The translations under genes and the position numbers were made by a program. From Eledone cirrhosa (lineage: Eukaryota): a stretch of 64,000 nucleotides of DNA. The stretch spans positions 67,890,001-67,954,000 of the forward strand of contig OZ024742.1 in the NCBI GenBank assembly GCA_964016885.1. Direction: 5' to 3'. Below, in pieces: positions 26,668 through 40,325 of the stretch. A model generated the notes under the pieces. The model was not told the origin of the DNA and did not search any database. It worked only from the letters and a program-made list of their open reading frames with translations. Position 1 is the stretch's first letter, and every line of letters starts with the position of its first letter.

Positions 26668-27285
26668 TAATTAGGCATTCGTATAGAGAAAGCAGAGCAG
26701 CCAGAAGCTGACAATTGATTCCATGCTCCTGCAGAACCTTCCACAGCAGGTCCCCTAGAAAGCGGTCATATGCATTTTTGAGGTTACAAAGCAAGAATAC
26801 ACCTTTTTGCAATTTTCCCAGGATTTTTCAACGGCCTGCCGCAGTGGGAATATTTGACAGACACTTAGCATAGACGTTGCAGGGGAGGTTTAACAGAGAG
26901 ATCCCTATATAATTTGAGCAATATCTCTTGCCATCCTTTTTGAAAATTTAGATTATCACCCCCGATTGCCACTGCCTAAATGACTTTCCAGAGATCCCGG
27001 CCACTCGTCACACACGAACCAGCCAGACAATACATTCTATATTTTAGGCTTTTAACATCTCGGGCTAAATTCCATCCTTCCCAGCAACCTTGCCAAATTT
27101 GAGCTCTTTAATTCCTCTTGTGAGCCCAGCCTCTGAGAGATTATTCATCGTTCCCAGATACACCTCGTGTACATCAGATGCTGTTGTGGTCGAGTTTAGG
27201 CAATCAATAAAGTATTCTCTCCATCTCGCAAGGATGCACATCTCTGAAGATAGGAGAACCCCAGACAGTAAGAGCAAAATGTATA
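26668..27285 (-). mobile_element. RTE LINE RT relic, upstream part
   Basis: ILARWREYF, LKFGKVAGKDGI, YRDLS.LNLP, AYDR..GDLLWKVLQEHGI...LSLYECL. Joins in register with 24780-24922. Confidence 0.85.
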
Positions 27286-28949
27286 TCCCTCTATTAATTA
27301 AGTAGTACAGTCGGTCCCCTCACTAATTGCAGTGAAGAACGAAAAGATTAGCTCATCCTTGGGTTCCAACACTTCCTAAACCTAAAACACTTCACTTTTT
27401 ATTACTTGACAACGAAAACCTAGTGAAAGCTGAGAAAAATAAAAAGCTGCCAAGAAAAAGGAAGAAGGTTCTGATGGCGTGCAATATTCAATGATCAAAC
27501 AACGATGAATCCACAAGGACATAGAATTCAAAGGTGTTCGTAAAACAAACCATATTCTCGGAAGCCAAATAACGCAAACGCAGTGGAAATGATATAATGT
27601 CAATATACAACCTATCGAAAATGTAACCGGCTTTGAATACAAGCCTCATCGAATATATTGACATGTAATCCTTCAGAAAAAATGGAGTGTGTTGCAAAGA
27701 ATGTTCATTTTAACAGCCATTCAATGATTGCATGTAGCGTTTGCGCGCGATTTTTCTCATGTCGAAAAATGCAAATCCCCACCCGATGTGAAAAGACATG
27801 CAAGATAAATTTCCCATTACTAAGCTATTTTATGATAATGCGATAAGGGCAATTGCTATATTCTATTTCCTTAATAACGTCGGAAAGTAGTGTTGATCGA
27901 ATGCATATGATAAAATTATATTTGATGTTGGTGTGGCAGGTTCTGTTACACAGAACATATCTAAATGATTTCAGCAAAGTGCCTTCAATGAGGCAGTACA
28001 TCAAATATATTTAAACTCACCCTACAAATTATTTCACCTCACCAAATATATTCAATAACAATTGTAATACATTTTAAGTGTTCTTATATCAGTTTCTACT
28101 CCATCAGTGTTTTCCTCACCTCTTCGAAAATGTTTTCACCAGTAGTGCTTCCATAAGTGCTCCTTATTTGAAAGTTAGCATTAATTTATCAAATGAACAA
28201 TGGCAATGCTTTTGCCATCTTGTCCGTGGGGCGCCGCACTCCTGACCCCTTGCCCTAGGCCCAAAGCCCAATCACCCTCCCCTCTCACGCCTCTCTCTTC
28301 TGCGACCCCAGAGCTCTTGCCATTCCCTCCCTTTCCTGTTCTTTTTCTTTCTTTCTCTTTTTTTTTCTATATTTCCCTATTCTTTCTTTCCTTTTGTTTC
28401 CCTTTTTTTTTTTCTTACTAAATAACGTTTTTGTTGTTTTTTTTATTTGCTTTTGAAAAATTTTGTTTCCATACCAACAATGACTTGTCTGACACCTCTA
28501 TTGCTTACTGAAAAAAGAGAAGTGGAAATATTATACATTTTTATTTAAATGGCACTCTATTTTATCTCCAATGCCCTCAAATTTACTAGTTAGTGTGTTT
28601 TTGTAAGGAACTATTTAATAAATCTATTTATTTCTGGAAATAATTAACTTATTGTCAGTAAACGGTTTTCTCTACGAAACTAATACATGAGCCATTCTCA
28701 AATTATTTTAGTTGCATATCTATAATCATTTTCAACGTTCCTAATATAACATGACTGTAGTGATAAACAAAACTTGTTAACATTATTAAAGGCTTAGCTC
28801 TCCTATTACTCACACTGTATTACTGTTAGACAGCCATAGTTTCACTGCATAGTTTGATAAGATATTTTAGGTTCTTACAGTCATAAAATATTCAAGAGTT
28901 AATATTTACCTATACATATGTGGCATTAGGAATATATACATACACATAA

Positions 28950-29004
<55 letters not shown>

Positions 29005-29076
29005 GGAATCTCCTAAGACTGAGATATATATCAACCCGTTGACGCAGGTGCAAATATTTATCTAAAATGATTTTAA

Positions 29077-29413
29077 TCTATATATCTAAAACAGAGAATG
29101 TCTGCTTATCTGACTGTACGTCCAATCACTCGTGAACTACCCAACCGATATTTTTCAAACTTTACACATGTAATACTTATGGTCCTGTGAGTATTCTAAG
29201 CAGAGAAAACCTCAAATGTTCAATATATATATATATATATATATAGTGTGTGTGTGTGTAACGTTTTTCGAAATATTTACTTTTGCATTCACAGATTGAT
29301 TTTTTTATTTTAGTTTCAGAAAATCCGTTAAGGGTGAAAGCAGCGGTTCTTTGCTTAAACTTTAATCTGTTATATATATATATATATATATATATAACAG
29401 ATATATATATAAC

Positions 29414-29490
<77 letters not shown>

Positions 29491-30124
29491 AATGACAGAT
29501 TAAAGTTTAAGCAAAGAATCGCTTAATCTGTTATTTTACTAAATATTTGCTCTTCGGTCTTATATATTTGATATATATTTATCCTTAACGATCCCTTTTT
29601 AGAATTTAGTCTTCAAATTTATTATTTGTACTATATATAAATGTATATATATATATATATATATATATAATTATATATTCGTGTATATATATTTTTGCAT
29701 AAGTATTTATTTCGCAATAAAGTATTGATTTTCTTCGCACGGAAAAAAAACCCTGGTAATGTACGATGAATTTTTTTATAAGCACAAAATGTAGACAACA
29801 TCCAGAGGCCGAGGTACTCCGTAATTCTCTGTACTGTTATATATTTATGTTGTATATATATATATAAGTTAAAACAATGAAATAAAAAATCAAGTAATTA
29901 GAGATATACTTCACTGTGTATATATATATATATAAGCAAAACATATCTGTACACGAATATATATATATATATAATTATATATTCGTGTACAGATATTTTT
30001 TGCTTACACAATAACAAAATATAAACAAACGTACTTATTTCACGCGGCTCAATAAGGATAAATATATATCAAATATATAAGGACCCTATAGCAAATCCTG
30101 AGCAACCCCGGGCCATTCTGCTAG
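29077..30124 (+). mobile_element. Non-autonomous Helitron with nested insertions in its internal TA tract
   Basis: 5' a|TCTATATATCTAAAACAGAGAATGTCTG. 3' hairpin-like cctgagcaaccccggg followed by CTAG|t. Inserted between A and T. Confidence 0.7.
29270..29630 (+). mobile_element. Non-coding TA-associated repeat family, copy 1 (copy 2 at 37198-37405)
   Basis: aacgtttttcgaaatatt...cacagattga...gggtgaaagcagcg.ttctttgcttaaactttaatctgtta...agtcttcaaatttattatt is shared by both copies. Confidence 0.8.
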
Positions 30125-30759
30125 TATAATATATTTCAAGCTGCATTTATTTCACCCCTATATATATCGCTGCGTAAAATGAATAATATATATAGATATA
30201 TAACTCACATCGTTATATGTTTAATGACGTTAAAGACACAGCAAGCATTAAAAGTTTAAAACCTTTTTAACAAAAGTAACAGACAGTTTACTAGCTTCCG
30301 TCAAAGGACATATGAACATTTTCGCTCATTCTCATTTCTTAGAATTGTGGAATTATTCAAACGGGATTGCAGTAATGTATTTCATTCTGGAGGATTAATC
30401 GTTTACTGTTGACCTACATGACACATTACCTTTGTTTCCCAAGTGACTGGATCCGAATATTAAATATTGTATTCAAGCACTGATTCATCGACAGCCATTG
30501 TAAAAGTGACAATATTGCTCTATTTCTCGGTAATGAATTTTATTTGTCGGTTAACAAAAGTTGATCGTGAAAACCAGCAACGTTCTATGGCCAGAAACAA
30601 ATGAATCCTGTGACTGTAGCGTGTAATATTATGTTAAACTCTCGTATAAACCAGGAAGTTATTTCAAGAATTTAAACTCGGTATCTATGTGAAAGTATCA
30701 ATTTCTATTAAATTTAAGGTTCTGTTATGCATTTTTACACAAAATATAAATTCTAAGTA

Positions 30760-30960
30760 ATGATTTCTAATTCAGACACAAGACCAGGAAATTAGTGCGA
30801 TGCAGAATGTTGATTAAATCATCACCAATTCTTGACAGCTACGAGAGGAAGAAACACAAAGTTAGCCTCAGTGGAATTATAACTCTGAACGTAAAGAGTC
30901 AGAATAGATGACAGAAAGTATTTTCTCTGAGGCTCTCCCGATACTTCCAATCCACCGCTC
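30760..30960 (-). mobile_element. Old degenerate tRNA-SINE
   Basis: aaagttagcctc...aactctgaacgtaaag...ccaatccaccgc resembles the younger copies. Confidence 0.55.
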
Positions 30961-31545
30961 TGAATATCAATACTAATTAATAACAATGGATTCCAACAGA
31001 ATCATGCCCATAATTATTTTATGTTTGGGAATATGGTACACTCATTATAATTTACCCACGTATATTTTGCAAGGTTATCTAACATATTGGTGCTTAAGAG
31101 CCGCTAACTGTAGCAATGCTCCCATTGATGCATATTATATAATATATAACGATACAAACCTAAAGGATATGGTGTCTAATTTCAAATCTTAACTTTAAAA
31201 GGTTTAATCTCGTCGTGGTTGAATTTTTAATTCTTATTTTTAACGACTATTATCAATTTTGCAGCGATCCATGAGATCTTAATTGTTTTAACGCGGTTAT
31301 TTTGGTAAGGAACCAAAAATCATTCCATGCATTAAAATAGACACGAGAAAATAGTAGATATTCTAAAGATTTGTAGATAAATACTGAGAGTAACGCAGAT
31401 GGTATGTAGAAGAAAGTGTATAATTTAGAACTTGGAACATGCATATATGATAATGAAAATTGTCAATTCGAATACACATCGTCATCTATCCTGTTAATTT
31501 AATAACAATACATACCCACCACCGACAGCAACAAAACTAACAATA

Positions 31546-31733
31546 ATAATTGTTTCTGCTTTTGGCACAAGGCCAGCAATTATCCAGTGCATTACTGGTA
31601 CTTTATTTTATCGACCGCGTAAGGATGAAAGGCAAAGTTAGCCTCGGCGGGATTTGAACTCAGAATAACAAGGACCGTAACTCTATGCGTCAAAGCATGG
31701 CGTCCGACCCTCTACCGATACTGCCAATCCACC
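31546..31733 (-). mobile_element. tRNA-derived SINE
   Basis: Full body including cctcggcgggatttgaactc (B box) and taccgatactgccaatccacc (A box). Confidence 0.92.
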
Positions 31734-32439
31734 ATAATAATAATAACTGTGATGTTGAAGCATTTTGTGACATATCTGACCAACATAACCTACTTTGCGA
31801 TAACTACACAATAACTTTAAACTAATAACATCTGGGTAACCGCCTCGATACTTTACAAAAATATCAATCAATCGACTTTCTCTTTAATATATAAGGTTAA
31901 TATATGCATCTATATATATGCTTTAATTGTTGGTCATATCTAAATGACTAAAATTGTTTATAGTTGTCCATCTTTTCAAGAGCAGCTGTACAGCCAGTAA
32001 TATTTTCCTGGTGTTTTCTATAAGAAGGAAATGTATAAATGAATTCCCTAATTGGGGAAACTGCCCAGGGTCACACGTAGAGAAAGCCCACAAAATGAGA
32101 CCGTCTCCGTGACCGCTAGGGCATGTGAGCCCTCCTAGCTGTCCTCCTACAGTATACAGGCGCAAAACCAGAGCCGGCAAAACTACTCGAACCATGCTCA
32201 CCACTTTCAGCCACATTTCAACAAACTGTTTGGAAAGTATAATTTCCCTCTCTACCCTGATTTTCTCTTCAAGTGAAACATGAAAACATTAATCAGGTCT
32301 TCACCGAAAAAGAAAATGCTAGTCTTCAAGCTTTACAGACGTATCTACCACATGACTTCCTTCACTATTAACGCCAGGTAGATAAAATTTAGGTGGTGAT
32401 GCAATCTTCACAATTAATACAATTATCATAAGGAAATGA

Positions 32440-33100
32440 TAAAAGTAAACATTACGGGGTGGGAAACAGAACTAACAGCAAAAACATTCGGAAGAGTTAA
32501 AATAGACCGGGTTTTTCCAAGATTGTAGCTTATTACATCTGTTGATTTTCATTGTACTCCATTAGAATTAAAGAACGTAAAAGCCATAACTTTTTATATG
32601 ACAAGAATTAAAGAGCTCATTTCAGTGAGAGTATTTTGTAATGACTAAAAATGGCGTTTGTTACATTTACAGATATAGAATTCTTGTGTTGTTAAGAGGC
32701 AAATAAAATAAAAAAATGGAAAGACTTTAGCGAACGTAGAGAAATACAGCAGATTAACATAAATGATGGATATAATTATCTAAGATATGGAAGCTGATAG
32801 TATAAAAGTAAGACTAATGAAAATGAAAATAAAAAGTCAGTTGTAGCAAAAGGTAAAGACATTAATTATCCAGACTTAATTGCATAAATACTCTAAGGGA
32901 CATAGACCCAGGAGCAGTACTATCAGATATAGCGTAGGAATAATAGATAGAAGTAAATTAGAAGTTAGATATAAGAAATAGGAAGGTAATAATAATTTAC
33001 TGAAATGACATCCACAGGTTTATGTTGATTGTATAATTCAGCAAGGTAGAGGGACGTCGAAGGTTGAGAAGTGTAGAAGGAGGTGTAGGATAGAGTTAGA
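32440..33100 (+). mobile_element. Highly decayed R4/Dong-type RT relic
   Basis: Fragments resembling VKI..G.FQ.DSL.PL, DGYNYL and GAVL..RYSVGIID. Confidence 0.4.
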
Positions 33101-33455
33101 GAACCCAGTGAAATATGTTGCTGATTAAGGAAGACAACTCTTGCCTGTAGAATATTGTCTCTGAATGTAAGATGCTGGCTCAAAGATATAATAACTAGAA
33201 ACATGACAAATTTACCACAATCTCATAATAGAGAATGTGTAGAAATTTTAAATGTATTCTATACTAGACATAACTTCTAATATGCAAATTAGTACGCCCA
33301 CTTAATTGTCACTACTATATTTGGTAATGTTTATAAGGTCATCAATTGTATATTTCCTTGTGGATTAGGGATGCAGACATCCATTGAAAGTATCACTGTA
33401 ATAATCAAAACTGATTAATCTTGGACATCATGTTTAATCTACAAGGAAACACAGG

Positions 33456-33497
<42 letters not shown>

Positions 33498-33574
33498 GCC
33501 TGCGAGTTTGTCTAGGTGTGTGTATGTAATATGCGTGTTCTTGTGTGATGCGTGCGTCAGTGAATCGAGAAGGT

Positions 33575-33690
33575 ATTCCAGGAGTTTCCGGTATAGACTT
33601 ACGGCCATTTATGTTCTGAGTTTAAATCCTACCGAGGTTAGTGTTGCCTTTCATCCTTATGGGGACGATCAAATGAAGTACCAGATGGGA
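33575..33690 (+). mobile_element. Partial tRNA-SINE
   Basis: ttctgagtttaaatcctaccgaggttagtgttgcctttcatcctt. Confidence 0.7.
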
Positions 33691-33719
33691 TAAGAATGCC
33701 AAACAAGATTATCTCATAA

Positions 33720-34222
33720 ATACTTTGATGGCAAGGAATGAAAATCCAAGAATATGGTCATCAGAACACTCAACACATTGCCCACAACATATCAAGTTAT
33801 AGTGATTATTAGTTGTGGTCATGGTGACTCTGGGACATGTTACTACCTGCCTCGATATAAATCTTGAGAAGTTTGGCCCCATAGAACCAGAAAGCGCAGA
33901 ACTAATTAGTAAGATGCAAGTGCTCTCTGAGCTCTAATACTGTACAACATTTCAAAAATTCAGCACATAATAACTACATATACATAGGTATAAATACAGA
34001 AGCATATGCACGGGTGCACATGGAATTCAAAACATACAGATCCATGCATGCAATAACACCCGTACCTGCAAACACCGACACATACCGATATACATATGTA
34101 TTTACCTAGTTTATTTTGTTTAACTTCCAATGGAACTTGTTTGTTTCTATGTAAGAAATATTGTTGAAATATCATAAAATATCATAAAACAATAAAACTA
34201 GAAGCACATACATAATACATAT
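33720..34222 (+). mobile_element. Decayed 3' end of an R4/Dong-type LINE (third copy)
   Basis: aaatcttgagaag...cagaa...aactaattag...acatttcaaaa...tacctagtt...aaaactagaagcacatacata aligns with 21350-21690 and 53123-53480. Confidence 0.65.
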
Positions 34223-34385
34223 ATAACGGACATAATCATAATTTTTCTATAAGGCCTGAACATGATTTAATCTTACAAATTTTACGATGTATATTTTTCC
34301 GAATAGTCAAGATTGCAATAATAATTATTTGTTTTTTCCCTTGTTGCTGCCAATAAGTACGAAGTCACATTATTGCTACAATAAT

Positions 34386-34848
34386 GTGTGATTTTTAAAC
34401 AGTATATTAATTTTCAATATGAAAAGATTACTCGAAACTGTATTTGAATTAAGGTAGCAGTTGATTATTTCTATGAGTTATGTACTGGAAAAAACTAATA
34501 TTGTAGCAATAATTGTTTCTACTTTAGGCACAAGGCCAGCAATTAACCAGTGCATTACTGGTACTTTATTTTATCGACCCCGTAAGGATGAAAGGCAAAG
34601 TCAACCTCGGAGTTCAAATCCCGCCGAGGTTAACTTTGCCTTTCATCCTTACGGGGGTCGATAAAATAAAGTACCAGTAATGCACTGGGTAATTGCTGGC
34701 CTTGTGCCTAAAGTAGAAACAATTATTGCTACAATATTATTCTTTCCAGTACATAACTCATAGAAATAATCAACTGCTACCTTAATTCAAATACAGTTTC
34801 GAGTAATCTTTTCATATTGAAAATCAATATACTGTTTAACAATCACAC
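34386..34848. repeat. 225 bp-arm fold-back containing a SINE 3' half plus flank
   Basis: 34386-34610 is a near-perfect reverse complement of 34624-34848. The 13 nt spacer agttcaaatcccg is the SINE B box. Confidence 0.95.
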
Positions 34849-36669
34849 TCAAGGCCATATATAAGATTCAGCAACTGAAGAGCAATCATGTTCAAAATTC
34901 CACTTGTCAAATCAAGATGTCTGATAATATAAGAAACGGCAATATTTTTCCAGGCTGAAAGTCACAGAACATGCAGTGCTTTGTCCTCTCTGCAGATTTC
35001 AACATGATACAATCTTTCCATAACATCAATCAATCTACATTATGGAACCTACTTTATGAAAACTGCACCTTACCGTCAAACTGATGACATTCAGATTGCT
35101 GATGAATGAATGTGTCATAACAAAAAGAAACCCTGACAATAAATCCTCAACAATATCAACGAGCATATTTACTGTTATATATATATATATATGTGTGTGT
35201 GTGCGTGTGTGTGTGTGTGGTGTATGTTTGTGTGTGGGCGGGTGTGTATGTGTGTATGTGTATGTGTATGTGTGTGTATGTGTGTTTGTGTGTGTGTAAG
35301 TTTGCTTGTTCTATTCTTATGGTTGTCGAATTATTTATTCGTTTTATTGGGTTTTATTTTGGTTTCGTTTTATTAAATGAAAGTAAATGTAGGAAATTAA
35401 ATTAACATTTATCGAAAGCAGGTGTAAGAAAAATTTGAAAGAAGTATATATTTCAAATATGCGTTATTTACAAGCTTCAGTCAGATTTCGTGTGCAGTTA
35501 TCTTGTTACTTGATTGATGGTCTATATCGTTTGCTTGAATATTTGATCGGTGGCCTATACCGCAGTCAAATGGACGTTCAAAGATATTCACTCTTTCGAA
35601 CATCACCTGGATCTGAAAGAACGTTATTGAAACTATAGCTTCAATATTTCCGCAACGCCTTGATATATTCGAAATCATGTACATTGTTTCTTGACTATAA
35701 CTTTCTCCGCAGTGTCTGCGTTACGTTGAACTATACTAAAAATATATATATATTACAATGTTGAGTATCAGAGTTACCTTGTAATCTAAGAGGAACCTTG
35801 TCATTAAGTAAATCGAGACTACTACTTTCCAAAAACATTCGCACTTCGTAAGAACGAGCTTTGCAAAGTTTTCTCATTAAAAGAGACCGCAATATCCATT
35901 CCAGGTATATAAAAAAAACTGACAAACCTTTACTGCACATAATTCATCCTACAGCAGTGTGATACTTCAAATCGCTATATTACACTTCTATTTCTTCGAA
36001 AAACCTGATAATTGAAATAACTGAATACATGTGATGAAATAAAATTTAGGTGGTGCAATTGGTTTTATCAGACATGGCAGATCTAAATGTTTCATGCAAA
36101 ATGCTAGTAATTCTTATATCGTACGGTCACAGTGTTTCAGACTTACAAACATTTTCCACCATCCTTCATTTGAAGGCTAGCATTAATTTCCCATATAAAC
36201 AAAGGCAACAGTAAATTGTTCAAACGCATGTTTTGATTCAACAATAACCTGAGATAACAGCTGGAAGTTTTTTGATTTATTGTTTAATACCCTCAAAATG
36301 CTACAGCTTATGTCTTCTACAATCTTAGTGGTTATTGCAGAACTAATGTGTTTTAATAAATCACTTTGTAACTGAGTAAACTCCCAGCTCTTTTATTCAT
36401 GTCTTATTAAATTAATTCACCATCAGTCAATGGTTTGCACTTAATAGCTAGAAAGGAAGCTTCTCCGAATTTAGCAGTAGCTAAACACCTCGTTAGAGAA
36501 CATTGACTGTTGTGATAAAACTCTATTTCAAGATTTAATATTTTTCATCACTTAGCAAGCAGCTGGGGTGGAAATAGTAAGATAGATGTTTCATTATGTA
36601 TATTATATTTCTAGCACATTTATGAATCTACTGTATATTATGCACATTAATTTTTGTGATGGATATATA

Positions 36670-36707
<38 letters not shown>

Positions 36708-36711
36708 TGTG

Positions 36712-36749
<38 letters not shown>

Positions 36750-36752
<3 letters not shown>

Positions 36753-37405
36753 TTATTAAAATAAGAGATTAAAGTTTAAGCAAAGAATCGATGCTTTCAC
36801 CCTTAACGGGATCTTCTGAAACTAACAAAATATATGTATATTTTTTTAATATATATTTTTATGTGTACTTGGTGTATACATTCGTATGCGTGCGGGTACA
36901 GGCGTTGCGTGGGTTCTGTAAGTGCATGCGGGGTTTTTTTTTGTGTATTTGTATACCTATGGCGAGTGTTTTCGCATATGCTTGTGTATGTACGTTTATG
37001 GATGCGTGTATGTATTTATTTAATTTCAATTACCTCTGTATTTTATTTACTTTATTCTTAACTCTGAAGCCGAGAATCATTCGGTTTCCTAGTTACAATT
37101 CTTGTCTACGACTTCGGTTATACCATTTACGTGGTTTTGTCTTTGCCAGGGAACGTTTCCACGAACCAAAGTATCGTCTTCTGTCTTCCTCCGGTTGCAA
37201 CGTTTTTTGAAATATTCACTTCTGCGTTCACAGATTGACTTTGTTAGTTTCAGAAGATCCCGTTAGGGGTGAAAGCAGCGATTCTTTGCTTAAACTTTAA
37301 TCTGTTATTTTAATAAATATTTGCTCTACGGTTCTTATATATTTCATATATATTTCTCCTTATCGAGCCCACTTTGGATTTTAGTCTTCAAATTTATTAT
37401 TATTA

Positions 37406-37410
<5 letters not shown>
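36750..37410 (+). mobile_element. TA-flanked non-coding element with inverted partial copy at its 5' end
   Basis: 36750-36830 is the reverse complement of 37240-37320. TA arrays on both sides. Confidence 0.8.
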
Positions 37411-37466
<56 letters not shown>

Positions 37467-37480
37467 AATATATATACATA

Positions 37481-37874
37481 TATAGTATAATTGAATATAA
37501 AAGGGAGATAAACATAGATATATACATATATGCGTTCAAATAGCACGGGACCAGAATAGCTAGGGTGAAAAAGATACTAACTATGAACAATAGGGTTTGC
37601 CAAACTCAATTTAAGAATAAATCAAGAAAATAAATACAAACCGATATTGTGGTAACTAACAGACACCCAGACAGTGTTTGGCGATACTTAGGAGTGAAGA
37701 GTTTACTAATTTTACAACCACTGATGAGCAAAATAATTGGTGATTCCCTTCGCAGTTGGATTGCGAAACAGCTATTGTTCATAGTTAGTATCTTTTTCAT
37801 TCTAGCGATTCTGGTCCCTTGCGATTTGAAAACATATATGTGTTTATCTCTGTTTTATATTCCATTATACTATA
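37481..37874 (+). mobile_element. TA-adjacent non-coding element: ~105 bp inverted arms around a hammerhead-like core
   Basis: 37481-37593 pairs with 37772-37874. CTGATGA(37721)-gcaa...ttgc-GAAA(37765)-cagctatt. Confidence 0.75.
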
Positions 37875-38156
37875 CGGCTCGGAAAAATCTCTTTCCATGA
37901 GCTATTTAATTGTAAGAAACTATTTTGAGTTTTTAACTCAATATATACCTTTGATATATATATTTTCCTGAGTTCAGTTTTTTTCGTTGCTATGGCAATG
38001 CGGCCAGACATTCGGTCGCTATATTTGATTTGCAAAGCTGTCTAAACGTATTGTTATAACTCTAGGGCAATATTCTCTACCGAGTGCTAAGCTGCATTCC
38101 GAATCTGCATTCCTTAGCTTGGCCGCAGCCAAAAGCTTCGTTGATGCTGTACTAAA

Positions 38157-38297
<141 letters not shown>

Positions 38298-38303
38298 ATA
38301 TAT

Positions 38304-39128
38304 ATATTTGATATATCTCATATGAAATGATACAACCAATTTTCCACACAATACAATTAGTTAGCACCCCGAACGTTTAATTAGGAATATACTCAGGTAT
38401 TTCCTAATGTTTGTTGAGTGAGTTGGAATTTGGCCGGAGTATCGCTATTAGCTTTCTCCGATAATGTATTTATATATTTACTCTTGGAGCAACAGATATG
38501 AACTTTCCCGATATAAGGTATATATTTTTTTATATGAATATTCATTGTTTGTTCTTGTATCTCATTCTGTTATTTTGCCCGAGAAAATATCTATGTGTGT
38601 CATCAAGCGATGCGCACATATGGTTATTTTTTCATATCCAATTGAGTTCTAGCACGTGGCTTGAATTCTTTTCAGAATTCATTGACCTGCGCATGTATTG
38701 TTTTTTGGCGCTAATCTCCTTCCTCCTATTTTTGAGACAGTGTGAGATTTTCTTTAGAACTGCTGGACTAACAACCTAGCAGCTCCCTCAAGCACTGATG
38801 TTGATTATCGCTAAATATTGATGTTGATTTGGTTATCAATATTAATATTATTGGGCACCCACTTGAATAAGTATCTGTTGATCTTATATAAGCTTCTACA
38901 TAAATCGGTATAATTTCACCCAACTTGTAGAAATCTTATAGTGAAACGTCTGGGAAGAGATATATTTGATATATCGCATACGAAATGATACAGCCAATTT
39001 TCCACACAATACAATTAGTTAGCACCCCGATGTTTAATTAGGAATATACTCAGGTATTTCCTAATGTTTGTTGAGTCAGTTGGAATTTGGCCGGAGTATC
39101 GCTATTAGCTTTCTCCGATAATGTATTT
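38304..39128. mobile_element. TA-flanked element with ~170 bp terminal direct repeats
   Basis: 38304-38472 recurs at 38962-39128 with few changes (period ~658). TA arrays on both sides. Confidence 0.8.
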
Positions 39129-39175
39129 ATATATATATATATATAGATATATATATACATATATATAAATACGTG

Positions 39176-39258
<83 letters not shown>

Positions 39259-39462
39259 GTGAGGGTTATTTTTACAAAATGAAAAATAACCGAGGTGTCC
39301 TACACGAGTGAAAGTATAAAGAAAAAGAGATGAAATCGAAAATGCAACTGGAGTCTTATTTTTTTTTTAAATATATATATTTATTTGGTTCCTTTACCGG
39401 TTTCGCAGTTCTTCTGCTTTTCAAAAAGTGAGTTGAGATGGAGGGTCTGTGGTTTTTCATAT

Positions 39463-39553
<91 letters not shown>

Positions 39554-40277
39554 AATACGTATATATATTGACACACTCCTGGCCACACAGTCGCCGTCTC
39601 GCCGCCTACATCTAATGATCTCTAATCCCTTCCACATTTTTCAATAATCGATATTTACTCTTCGTTCTGTAACCCTAGCCACTGTCATCTGTCACACACG
39701 TGCGCATATTCACCCCTCGAATTACCTATGGCTGTGCTGCTGGCAGAAGCACACATTCTTTTCCACAGCGCAACAACAAACGCGTGCACACCTCTACACT
39801 TACTCTCACAACTCTGTAAGTACCAACACACACTAATAAACGTATACATACACAGAGCTCCATACAAACAACAAAGACAAACACAAATACACTCTCACAC
39901 ATACATATCTACTCTAAATACAAAGGGATCCTCTCCTTTTTAGCACGATATCGACGCCTTTGTACACAGCTTTGCAAAAGTCAGCCTACTGAACTTCCTA
40001 CACAATAAACACTCCTATCAACAATTCAAGAGATGGGGTAAATGAACAGATCTGCTTTTTCTCGAGGTAATGTTTTTCGTGTGTACCCCATCTCAGTCTA
40101 TTTGCATATTTCTTCTTTAATTACTCATTCTATTTTCTGGTGAAGGACTGAGGCCAGAAATGTTAAGACTCTTTTCTTCTTATATCAACTGTAAAACTAA
40201 TATATTCCTTTATTGTACTGTGTCATTGTTTTCTTTTATTTACTTTAGTTTCTATATATATATATATATATATATAT

Positions 40278-40325
<48 letters not shown>

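Noticed and set aside
32060-32150. GC-rich structured segment as a possible HDV-like ribozyme at a LINE 5' end
   Set aside because: Helix order does not fit the HDV nested pseudoknot by eye; would need a descriptor search.
35481-35715. CGESYSQ...ERPFDC resembling a C2H2 zinc-finger relic
   Set aside because: Cys/His spacing is absent; probably chance.
40133-40175. CTGGTGA-aggactgaggcca-GAAA motif in the TA-flanked 39560-40252 segment
   Set aside because: Core mutated and stems unsupported; at best a relic.
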